DNA of 64,000 nt from Nocardioides sp. (GTDB lineage Bacteria > Actinomycetota > Actinomycetes > Propionibacteriales > Nocardioidaceae). Below are positions 33,161 to 41,373 of the stretch, piece by piece. Every line of letters starts with the position of its first letter. Positions within the stretch are counted from its first letter, which is position 1. The stretch covers positions 5,785 to 69,784 of the forward strand of contig NZ_DASXQG010000051.1 of the NCBI RefSeq assembly GCF_036493135.1, given 5' to 3'. The notes under the pieces are model-generated. The model worked only from the letters and a program-made list of their open reading frames with translations, was not told the origin of the DNA and searched no databases. The position numbers and the translations under genes were made by a program.

Positions 33161-34625
33161 CCAGGATCTCCGGCTCGCTCTCCTCGTCCAGCTCCCGCAA
33201 ACCGCTCGACAGGCGCTGCGCGAAGCCGGGCACCAGGAAGGCGACCAGCGCCACCAGCAGGACCCACCCGAACGCGACCACCGGGAACCACTGGGCGGGA
33301 CCGGAGGTCGGGTAGGGGATCACGTTGCGGTAGATCGTGTAGCCGATCACCACCAGTGCCGCTGCGGGGATCACGATCTCCCAGGTCGGCACCTGCGGCA
33401 TCTTCTTGTCGATCCAGATCAGCTTGATGCAGCCGATCGTCGCCAGGACGTAGGCCACCAGGAGGATCAGGGTCCCGATCGTGCCGCTCCACAGGAACGT
33501 GTCGAACGGCTTCGCGTTGAAGAACACCGCGCAGATCAGGCCGATCACCAGGACGACGCCGGTCACCGTCATCGCCGCGACCGCGGGGGTGTCGTTGGTG
33601 CCGGTCCGGCCGAGCGGATGGCCGGGCGAGAAGTCGCGTGAGATCGCGAACAACAGCCGGGAGGCGCCGACGACGCAGGCCAGGCAGCAGGCGAACGCGG
33701 ACACGCAGGCGCCCAGGGTGATCAGGTCACCTACCCAGGAGCCGATGTACGACGTCCCGAGGTCGCCGACGAGCGCGGGTGACGCGATGAAGTTCGCGAC
33801 CCCCTTGTCGTCCGGGCCGAACGCCATCATCTCGATCGCGGTGACGACGGTGAAGTAGACGCCGCCGAAGATCGCGGTCCAGAGGATCGCCCGCGGGATG
33901 TCACGCTGCGGGTCGTTGGTCTCCTCCCCCAGGGTCGACGCGGCCTCGAAGCCCGCGAACGACAGCAGGCCGAAGATGATGCCGAGGAAGAGGTCGGACG
34001 TCGGGGTCCCCGGCGGCACCGAGAAGACCTTCATCGTGAACTCCGCGTCGCCGGGCGCGTTGCCGGCCAGCATCCGCACGAGCACGACCGCCGAGACGAC
34101 CACAATCAGGGCGACGGTGATGCCTTCGGCGCTGAGCAGCACTTCGGCCGCGCGCTTGGCCGGGACGATCGCGAGGAACAGCGCCAGGGCCAGTGCCACG
34201 AACCCGACCAGGAAGCCGGCCCAGTCGGGCTGGTTGTTCCAGACGCCGATGATGTCGAGGAACGACGCGCCGAAGATGCCGGCGGCCGACGAGGTGACCA
34301 GGGCGTAGAAGATGTAGGTGCCCATCAGGCCGAGCCCCGCGATCGCGCCGGCCTGCGGGCCGAGCGTCGAGCCGGCGAACACGTACACCGATCCGGCGTG
34401 CCGGTAGTACTGGCAGAGCCGGACGAAGACGTAGGCGATCAGCAGCACCGCGATCGCGGCCAGGAAGAACGCCAGCGGCGTCGCGCGGCCGACGAGGCCG
34501 GCGGTGCCTTGGGGATTGATGTTCGCGGCCATGCTGGGCGCCATCAGGGCGACCGACAGGCCGACTGCCTGCCAGACCGAGAGTGAGCGGCGAAGCGACG
34601 TACCTTCACGAACCGGTGCGGTCAT
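33153..34625 (-). CDS. APC-family amino acid/amine permease
   Basis: M117 of ORF 33153..34973. The ATG at 34625 is preceded by GAGAGGA. SLSVWQAVGLSVALMAPSMAANINPQG and 12 TM segments. Has an 8-nt overlap with the amidohydrolase gene. Confidence 0.85.
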   Translation of the reverse strand: MTAPVREGTSLRRSLSVWQAVGLSVALMAPSMAANINPQGTAGLVGRATPLAFFLAAIAVLLIAYVFVRLCQYYRHAGSVYVFAGSTLGPQAGAIAGLGLMGTYIFYALVTSSAAGIFGASFLDIIGVWNNQPDWAGFLVGFVALALALFLAIVPAKRAAEVLLSAEGITVALIVVVSAVVLVRMLAGNAPGDAEFTMKVFSVPPGTPTSDLFLGIIFGLLSFAGFEAASTLGEETNDPQRDIPRAILWTAIFGGVYFTVVTAIEMMAFGPDDKGVANFIASPALVGDLGTSYIGSWVGDLITLGACVSAFACCLACVVGASRLLFAISRDFSPGHPLGRTGTNDTPAVAAMTVTGVVLVIGLICAVFFNAKPFDTFLWSGTIGTLILLVAYVLATIGCIKLIWIDKKMPQVPTWEIVIPAAALVVIGYTIYRNVIPYPTSGPAQWFPVVAFGWVLLVALVAFLVPGFAQRLSSGLRELDEESEPEILGG

Positions 34626-34726
34626 CGGGGGATCCTCTCGTCGAGAACTGACCTCCACGGAGTGTGATCCCGGCCCTATCCTTTGTCCATAGGTGTCCAA
34701 TCCGTGTGCGTGTCCCGCCGGAACGC

Positions 34727-36121
34727 ATGGATCCGAAGGGAAGTCGCGTGGACCTCGCCGACCGTGACCGTCGCCTGACCCACGCCGAGGGGCTGGTCCG
34801 GGAGCTCGCCGACCGCGGCGTCGTCGCGGTGGCGACCAGCTTCGTCGACAACTCCGGCATCTCGCGCGTGAAGTCCGTGCCGCTCGACCGGCTGCCGGCG
34901 CTGGCCGCGTGGGGCGTCGGTTTTTCGACCGCCTTCGACTACTTCCGCTTCGACGACTGGGTGGCCGCGCCACCGGGTGGCCGGGCCCCGATCGGCGACC
35001 AGCGGATCCTCCCGGACCTCGACCGTCTGGTCGTCCTCGCCGCCCAGCCGGGCTGGGCGTGGGCGCCCGGCGACCGGTATGCCCAGACCGGCGACCCCTA
35101 CCCGATCGATTCGCGGCTGTTGCTCACCCGCTTGACCGACGGGCTCGCGGACCGGGGGATCCGCGTGCTGTCGGCGATCGAGATCGAGTGGGTGGTGTCG
35201 TACGAGGGCGACGAGTACCTGCCCGCGGTGGCCGGTCCGGCGTACGGCCTGACCCGGCTGGCGAACGCCTCGGACTACGGACGCGACGTGCTCACCGCTC
35301 TCGCCGAGCAGGGCGTGGCGGTCGAGCAGTTCCACCCGGAGTACGCCGCGGGACAGCTCGAGCTGTCGGTGTCGCCGGAGTCCCCGGTGCACGCCGCCGA
35401 CACCTCGGTGCTGGTCCGCCACACGATCCGTGCGGTCGGCGCGCGGCACGGCCTGCGTACGTCGTTCTCGCCGAAGGTGGACGCGGCCGGGGTCGGGAAC
35501 GGTGGCCATGTCCACCTCAGCCTCGGGCGCGACGAGCGGAACCTGATGGCGTCCGGCTCGGGGCCGTTCGGGCTGACCGACGAGGCGACGGCGTTCGCGG
35601 GCGGGATCCTCGAGCACCTGCCGGCGCTGCTCGCGATCGGCGCGCCGTCGGTGGCGTCGTACCTCCGGCTGGTGCCGCAGCACTGGGCCGGCGCCTACGC
35701 GTGCTGGGGCTTGGAGAACCGTGAGGCGGCCCTGCGCATGGTCACCGGCTCGCACGGCAGCGAGGAGTGGGCGGCCAACCTCGAGGTGAAGTGCTTCGAC
35801 CTGCACGCCAACCCGTACCTGATGTTCGCCGGGCTGCTGGCCACCGGAACGGCCGGCCTCGACGGTGGTGCCACGCTGCCCGACCCGGTCGACGTCGACC
35901 CGGCTTCGCTCGACGACGAAGCGCTGGCGGCCCGCGGGATCAGGCGGCTGCCCGACAACATGCGCGAGGCGTTGGACGCGTTCGTCGCGGACGGTGTGCT
36001 GGCCTCGGCGTTCGGTGAGCCGCTGGCGGGTGCGATCCGCGCCGTACGCGAGTCGGAGCTGGAGCTGTTCGACGGGGCGTCGCCCGAGGAGGTCGCGGCG
36101 GCGAGCCGCTGGGCGCACTGA
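34727..36121 (+). CDS. Glutamine synthetase family protein (GlnA-like gamma-glutamyl ligase)
   Basis: ORF 34664..36121. Start is ATG 34727, or GTG 34748 which follows GAAGGGAAG. Has EIEWVVS, QFHPEYAAGQLELS, GNGGHVHLSL, and NREAALRMV. Confidence 0.8.
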   Translation: MDPKGSRVDLADRDRRLTHAEGLVRELADRGVVAVATSFVDNSGISRVKSVPLDRLPALAAWGVGFSTAFDYFRFDDWVAAPPGGRAPIGDQRILPDLDRLVVLAAQPGWAWAPGDRYAQTGDPYPIDSRLLLTRLTDGLADRGIRVLSAIEIEWVVSYEGDEYLPAVAGPAYGLTRLANASDYGRDVLTALAEQGVAVEQFHPEYAAGQLELSVSPESPVHAADTSVLVRHTIRAVGARHGLRTSFSPKVDAAGVGNGGHVHLSLGRDERNLMASGSGPFGLTDEATAFAGGILEHLPALLAIGAPSVASYLRLVPQHWAGAYACWGLENREAALRMVTGSHGSEEWAANLEVKCFDLHANPYLMFAGLLATGTAGLDGGATLPDPVDVDPASLDDEALAARGIRRLPDNMREALDAFVADGVLASAFGEPLAGAIRAVRESELELFDGASPEEVAAASRWAH

Positions 36122-36144
36122 GTCTTCCAGGCGGGTCGGGTGGT

Positions 36145-36228
36145 TGCTCTAGTGGCGCGATCGCGCGGTTATGACAGCCGACCGGCGCAATTCACTGCTC
36201 TAATGGCGCGATCGCGCGGTTATGACAG
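36145..36228. repeat. Two 33-bp direct repeats (TGCTCTARTGGCGCGATCGCGCGGTTATGACAG, 1 mismatch, 51-bp period), each with palindrome GCGCGATCGCGC
   Basis: Read directly: copies at 36145-36177 and 36196-36228. Located between the GS-like stop and a small minus-strand ORF. Confidence 0.9.
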
Positions 36229-36333
36229 TCAGCCCGTCTTCTCGCGATTCAGCGCCACGGCGATGGTCATCACGCCCGCGGCGACGATGCCGACCAGGGT
36301 GAGGGTGAACACGATCAGGACCACGGCGTTCAT
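36229..36333 (-). CDS. Unannotated 34-aa single-TM peptide
   Basis: My translation: MNAVVLIVFTLTLVGIVAAGVMTIAVALNREKTG. All but one codon end in G/C. The listed + ORF 36140..36352 is its shadow. Confidence 0.4.
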   Translation of the reverse strand: MNAVVLIVFTLTLVGIVAAGVMTIAVALNREKTG

Positions 36334-36384
36334 GGGCTCAGCCTGCCACTGACCGGCGGTGAGCGCGCTGTCGGTCCGGCTTCC

Positions 36385-36390
36385 TACGAT
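36385..36390 (+). promoter_or_regulatory. -10-like TACGAT, 7 nt upstream of the nfo ATG 36398
   Basis: TANNNT-GGCAGGC-ATG. Confidence 0.35.
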
Positions 36391-36397
36391 GGCAGGC

Positions 36398-37198
36398 ATG
36401 AGCACCATCCCCCTCGGAGCGCATGTCGAGCAGACCGACCCGATCGCGGAGGCGGAGGCGCGACATGCGCTGCACGTGCAGTTCTTCCTCGGCGACCCGC
36501 AGGGCTACAAGGGCCCCGAGATCCGATACGCCGGCGGCGCGGAGGGGCTGCGGGCCGACGCCGAGGCCGCGGGCGTCGGGCTGTACGTGCACGCGCCGTA
36601 CATCGTCAACGTCGCCACCACGAACAACCGCATCCGCATCCCGTCGCGCAAGCTCCTCCAGCAGCACATGGACGCCGCGGCCGAGATCGGCGCACGCGGG
36701 CTGATCGTCCACGGCGGCCACGTGAACAACGACGACGACCCGGCCGTCGGCTTCGACAACTGGCGCAAGGCGATCGAGGCCACCGACATCAAGATCCCGC
36801 TGCTGATCGAGAACACCGCCGGCGGCGACAACGCCATGGCTCGCTACCTCGACCGGATCAAGGGCGTCTTCGACGCGATCGCCGGCGCGGCATCAGGGTC
36901 GGACGACGTCGGGTTCTGTCTCGACACCTGCCACGCCCACGCCGGCGGCATCCCGTTGGAGTCGGTGGTGGACGAGATCCGCGCGATCACCGGCCGCATC
37001 GACCTGGTGCACTGCAACGACAGCCGCGACGAGTTCGACTCCGGCGCCGATCGGCACGCCAACGTCGGCGCCGGGAAGATCGACCCCGACCTTCTGACGT
37101 CGGTCGTCCGCGACGCGGGTGTGCCGGTGGTTTTCGAGACCCCGGGTGGGGCCGACGAACACGTGGCGGACTTCGAAGCGGTCCGCTCCCGGCTGTGA
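36398..37198 (+). CDS. nfo: Deoxyribonuclease IV (endonuclease IV, AP endonuclease family 2)
   Basis: ORF 36359..37198 from M14. Has LGAHV, LYVHAPYIVNVAT, LIVHGGH, LLIENTAG, CLDTCHAHAGG, and HCNDSRDEFDSGADRHANVG. Confidence 0.85.
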   Translation: MSTIPLGAHVEQTDPIAEAEARHALHVQFFLGDPQGYKGPEIRYAGGAEGLRADAEAAGVGLYVHAPYIVNVATTNNRIRIPSRKLLQQHMDAAAEIGARGLIVHGGHVNNDDDPAVGFDNWRKAIEATDIKIPLLIENTAGGDNAMARYLDRIKGVFDAIAGAASGSDDVGFCLDTCHAHAGGIPLESVVDEIRAITGRIDLVHCNDSRDEFDSGADRHANVGAGKIDPDLLTSVVRDAGVPVVFETPGGADEHVADFEAVRSRL

Positions 37199-37253
37199 AC
37201 GGTGGTGATGTCGGCCAAGTCCGCTGATCGGGCCGACCTCGACCCCTAGAGAT

Positions 37254-39704
37254 TCACCCGAAGCAGATCAGCGGCGCGGGCGGCCCGTCGGGGTCGACCT
37301 CGCTGAGCGCACGCGCCAGCGCGGCCGCGGGCGCATGGCCGGCGGACAGCTCGCGGTGGAGTGACACCAGTACGTCGTGCGCGACCGCGTCGTTGATGGC
37401 CGCGGCCGACGCGATCACGCACCGGGATCCCGCGTGGAGCCACGCCGCGGTCATCCCGATCAGCTCCTCGCCACCGCGCAACGTGGAGCGGCCGACCTCG
37501 CACGCCGACAGCAGGACCACGTCGGGCACCGACGTGAGCTGGTCGATGTCGTAACCGAACCACGGGCCGTCCGCGAGCTCGAACCCGGAGAACAGCGGGT
37601 TCTCCGAGGAGTGCCGCCCGTGAGCCGACACGTGGAGCACGTCGACGGACCCGGCCAGCTCGCTCACCGCCGATGCGGTCGCCTCGGCCCCGTGCAGGAC
37701 GGTCGCGAGCGGCCACGTGGATGCGGCCGCCGAGGTCTCGGCCTCGGCCTGGGCGACGCGTGGACCCGCGACGAACCCCGCGGACGCCGATCGCAGAGCG
37801 ACCGTGTTGCGCGACAGCCACGACGTCGCCGACTGCGCCACGGTGACCGGTCGGCCGCGGTTGCTCGGCAGGACCGACCACGGGACGGCGGCCAGGACAC
37901 CCGAGGGCGTGAGGACCAGCTCTCGATCTCCGATCGCCTCGACCAGCGGCGCGACCAGCACGTCGTCGAGGCGCCCGAGCCGGCTGCGGAGCTCGGACCT
38001 GATCGCATCCGCGAAGGGGCCCGGCAGGTCGGCCGCCGCCATGTCGAGGTCGGGCAGGAGGCCACCGGTGAGGAGGTCCAGAGCGGAGCGCGGTCCGAGA
38101 TCGACGACGGAGGCCGTCGCCGAGGTGACCACCAGCGCGGCGACCTCCCGGTTGGTCACCACGTGCGCGACCAGCGCCCGCTCGGGCCCGAGTCGAGCCT
38201 GGACGTCCGACAGCGTGACGGGATCGTCGTACTCACCGGAGCCACGGTTCTGCCACGCCCGCTCCCGCACCCGCTGCCGGAGCTCGGCCTGGCGCGACGC
38301 GCCGACCCTGGTCTGGTCCTCCGCGGTCGCCAGCGAGCGCAGCTCCTGGAGGTCGGTCTGGGACTGCTCATCGCCCGGCACCCGCACCGGTTGCACCCGG
38401 CTGGCCAGCATCCGCGCCCGCTCCGACCACTCGAAGAGCGCGTCCGGCGATCCCGACGCGACAGCGACCCGGATCCCACGGACGGCGAGGCGGCGACCGT
38501 GCCCGGTCACCATCGTCTGGAGGTCGAGGCTGCCGAACGAGCTCTGCCACTCGTGCAGCTCGGCGAGGCCCTGCCGCAAGTGACGCAAGGCGTCGGCCCG
38601 CCGCCCGGCGCGCTCGGCGAGCGCGGCCCGCACGTCCCGCTCGCGCAGCCGTACGCCGAGCGGGGCGCGCGCCGGGACCCGGATCGCCGCCAGGCGTCGA
38701 CGCGCGTCGTCGAGCTCCCCCCTCCTCATCGACACCAACGCGGCGTCGAGCTCGATGTCGAGCGCCCACCAACGCAGGGCCAGGGCCTCGAGCTCGGTGG
38801 TGAGCGCCTCGGCCCGGCGAACCAGAGACGGACCCGTGCGTCCGAGCCGCACCTCGGCGCCGTGGACCAGGGCCTCGGCCTTGAGCCGGAGCGCCGGAGC
38901 GTCCATCCGAGCGAAGCGGGCCCGGGCAGCGCGAGCCGCCCCCAGCGCACGTGACGGATCGTCGGCCAGCGTCGCCCGGGCGATGATGAGCTCGGCCTCG
39001 CCACGGCGATGTGGCATCCGGTGCTGGCCATAGGTCCGCGCAGCCTCGTCAAGGGCGGCCAGCCCGCGCCGGGTCAGGCCCGCGGCCATCAGCACCTCGG
39101 CCCGGTCCTGGTTGCAGATCGCGGCTCCGACCTGGCTCAGCGGCAGTAGGACCGGCCGTACCGCGTCCATGTGGTGCAGCGCCGAGACCAGGTCCCCGCT
39201 CAGGAGGTCGGCGTACCCGAGGTTGTGCTCGGCCATGGCGGCTTCGAGCTCGTTTCCGCTGGGCTTGAGCAACGCGACCGCTGTGGCGAAGTCCTCGGCC
39301 GCGTGGCGGCCGGCACCGCGCGCTAGGTGGACGTTGCCCCGATTGATGTGCGCCTTCCCGAGCTCGACGGGGTCGGTCAGCATCGCGATGCCGACGCCGA
39401 ACGCGTCCAGCGCCTCGGCGGTCTCGCCCTGCCGCAACAAGATCAGCGCTCGCTGGCTGTGCAGAACCCCCAGCGTTTCGAAGGTGACTCCCGCCATCGC
39501 CAGCGCCTCGTCGCAGACCCGGAGCGCCCCTATGTGGTCGCCGAGCTCGACGGTCAGGAAGGCGCGGCTCGCCTCGATCCTGGCCAGCACGTCAGGCTCG
39601 ACAGCCTCCTCGCGGGCGCGCTCCAACAACCGGCGGGCAGCAGGCAGCCGCCGACCGACGAGGGCCTCCAGGCCCGCTTGATGGAGCTCGTGGGCGCTCC
39701 GCAC
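37254..39704 (-). CDS. TPR-repeat / CHAT-domain (caspase-like clan CD) protease, 816 aa
   Basis: ORF 37254..39704 with a GTG start 4 nt after the S8 stop. The N-terminal ~480 aa consist of TPR-like helical hairpins. The C-terminal CHAT domain has His (VLHVSAHGRH) and Cys (VVLLSACEVG). Confidence 0.8.
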   Translation of the reverse strand: MRSAHELHQAGLEALVGRRLPAARRLLERAREEAVEPDVLARIEASRAFLTVELGDHIGALRVCDEALAMAGVTFETLGVLHSQRALILLRQGETAEALDAFGVGIAMLTDPVELGKAHINRGNVHLARGAGRHAAEDFATAVALLKPSGNELEAAMAEHNLGYADLLSGDLVSALHHMDAVRPVLLPLSQVGAAICNQDRAEVLMAAGLTRRGLAALDEAARTYGQHRMPHRRGEAELIIARATLADDPSRALGAARAARARFARMDAPALRLKAEALVHGAEVRLGRTGPSLVRRAEALTTELEALALRWWALDIELDAALVSMRRGELDDARRRLAAIRVPARAPLGVRLRERDVRAALAERAGRRADALRHLRQGLAELHEWQSSFGSLDLQTMVTGHGRRLAVRGIRVAVASGSPDALFEWSERARMLASRVQPVRVPGDEQSQTDLQELRSLATAEDQTRVGASRQAELRQRVRERAWQNRGSGEYDDPVTLSDVQARLGPERALVAHVVTNREVAALVVTSATASVVDLGPRSALDLLTGGLLPDLDMAAADLPGPFADAIRSELRSRLGRLDDVLVAPLVEAIGDRELVLTPSGVLAAVPWSVLPSNRGRPVTVAQSATSWLSRNTVALRSASAGFVAGPRVAQAEAETSAAASTWPLATVLHGAEATASAVSELAGSVDVLHVSAHGRHSSENPLFSGFELADGPWFGYDIDQLTSVPDVVLLSACEVGRSTLRGGEELIGMTAAWLHAGSRCVIASAAAINDAVAHDVLVSLHRELSAGHAPAAALARALSEVDPDGPPAPLICFG

Positions 39705-39708
39705 CCGC

Positions 39709-41343
39709 CTATTCTGGCCGTTGGATGTCGGTGAGGCGCTCCACCGCCCGCCAACCGCGACGGACAGCCGCCGCCGCGCCCTGCGGTGGGTTCTTGCGGT
39801 TCATCAGGCTCTTGGACATCGCGGCGGCAAGCGCGCCCGCCATCAGGGGTGCCGCGAACGACGTCCCGCTCCACACGCCGAAGCCGCCGCGCTGTTCGCC
39901 GTCGCGTCGACGCCCCGAGCGGAAATCGTCGGGGTCGACGGATTCCCGGAGCCGCCCGTCAACCCAGGTCTTCGCCGTGGGCTGCAGGCCCCCTTGGAAC
40001 GGCGGCATCGTGCTCATCAACGACGCGCCCGGTGCGTAGCTGCGTACCCAGGCGCCCGCGTTGCTGAAGAGCGCGTCCGACGTGTTCGGGTTCAAGGCCC
40101 CCACGGAGACGACCGGCACACGATCACGGTGGCGGTGCACGGGGCCCTTGCGGTTGCTCCATGGCGCGAAGGCGGCGGGGTAGCACGGGCGGTCGGTGGC
40201 GTCGTTGCCGGCCGAAGCGACGACGACGACACCGAGGGCGGCGAGCTCCTCGAGGATCGTCAGCAGGATGGGGTCGAGGAGCTCGTCCGCCTTGTTCTCG
40301 TGGTAGTAGCCCATCGACAGGCTGAGTACGTCGATCGGGTGACCGCCGCGCTGGCCATCGCGCTCGAGACGGACCAGCTCGGTGATCTGCGCCAGCGTGG
40401 TCAGCCACTCCGACTCGACCAGAGGCCGGTCCGCCGGGATGCCGCGCCAGGACAGGATCTGGGCGTCCGGACAGGCCTGGTGGACGAGACCGGCCAGGAA
40501 CGTGCCGTGACCGGCGATCCGGTCGATCGAGCCGTCGAACGGACCGTTCAGGTCGCCGTGGCGCTCGGGGTCCGTTGCCGGATCGGCGTCGCCGATGTGG
40601 TGGCCGTAGAGCTTCACATTGGTCTTGACGACGCCGCCGTCGAACCAGAAGTGCGGGTAGCAGCCGGTGTCGAGCAGTGCGACGACGGGACGGCGTCCGT
40701 TGATCGCGGAGTTGGGGAACCGGGTGGGCTTGGGGCCGGCGTACGCGATCGGCTGGCGGCCGCCGCTGCCGAGGACGCCGTAGCTCAGGAGCCCTGCCGA
40801 CGCCCCCGTGGAACCGTCGGGGTGGGGCACGTCCCACGGATGAGGCACGTCCCACGGTTGCGGCTGGATCCACGCCGACGGGTCGGGCGAGTGCGGCACG
40901 TCCCAGGGATCTGGCGTCAACGGCGTGGTCGACACCACGTGGTCGAGGTCCACACCCCGCATTGCCTTGCGTCCGTGCAGCGCGCGAGCCGTCTGGAGGA
41001 GCACCCACGCATCCGGGATCTGCGTCACCGGAGTGGAAGGCCCAGTGATGCGCACCGTACGTACCCCGAGCGGGAGCTTGCGGGCCTTCGCCGGCTCGGA
41101 CTCCAGCTTGACCCGCCAGTCCAGGCTGTCGGCGGCGGTTGTCAGCAGGTCGACATGTTCTTGGAGCCGGTCCCCCTTGGCGATCATCAGCCGGGTGCCG
41201 ACGTACGCCGTCGGGCTCCCCTTCACCCCGTCGACGACCGGGGCGCGATCGGGGTCGAGGATGCGCGCGTCCGCAGCGTCAAGGTGTGCGCCTCGTGGCA
41301 TCCGGGGCTCGCGTGCCAAGGGGACGTTGCGGGAATCAGGCAT
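39709..41343 (-). CDS. S8 (subtilisin-like) serine peptidase without signal peptide, with ~215-aa unrecognised N-terminal region
   Basis: ORF 39709..41343 with SD GAGGA upstream. Triad D (VVALLDTG), H (IAGHGTFLAG), N (ASAGNDA), S (WSGTSFAAPLMAG). The N-terminus MPDSRNVPLAREPRMPRGAHLD is not hydrophobic. Confidence 0.85.
   Translation of the reverse strand: MPDSRNVPLAREPRMPRGAHLDAADARILDPDRAPVVDGVKGSPTAYVGTRLMIAKGDRLQEHVDLLTTAADSLDWRVKLESEPAKARKLPLGVRTVRITGPSTPVTQIPDAWVLLQTARALHGRKAMRGVDLDHVVSTTPLTPDPWDVPHSPDPSAWIQPQPWDVPHPWDVPHPDGSTGASAGLLSYGVLGSGGRQPIAYAGPKPTRFPNSAINGRRPVVALLDTGCYPHFWFDGGVVKTNVKLYGHHIGDADPATDPERHGDLNGPFDGSIDRIAGHGTFLAGLVHQACPDAQILSWRGIPADRPLVESEWLTTLAQITELVRLERDGQRGGHPIDVLSLSMGYYHENKADELLDPILLTILEELAALGVVVVASAGNDATDRPCYPAAFAPWSNRKGPVHRHRDRVPVVSVGALNPNTSDALFSNAGAWVRSYAPGASLMSTMPPFQGGLQPTAKTWVDGRLRESVDPDDFRSGRRRDGEQRGGFGVWSGTSFAAPLMAGALAAAMSKSLMNRKNPPQGAAAAVRRGWRAVERLTDIQRPE
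40822..40908 (-). repeat. In-frame repeat encoding 3 x PWDVPH (aa 146-174 of the S8 protein), linker between the N-region and the catalytic domain
   Basis: The plus strand carries three copies of GGCACGTCCCA(C/G)GG. The protein reads DPWDVPHSPDPSAWIQPQPWDVPHPWDVPHPDG. Confidence 0.85.
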
Positions 41344-41373
41344 GGTGGGTCCTCGCTGCGTTGCTGGGTGGGG

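Noticed and set aside
36145-36228. Possible mini-CRISPR array
   Set aside because: There are only two repeats, an 18-bp spacer and no cas genes in the window. The repeat contains a perfect palindrome more typical of a protein-binding site.
36140-36352. 70-aa + ORF with a repeated peptide ALVARSRGYDS / ALMARSRGYDS
   Set aside because: The peptide repeat simply mirrors the 33-bp DNA repeat. Third-position GC in that part is low (non-coding-like). The remainder is antisense to a better-supported 34-aa TM ORF.
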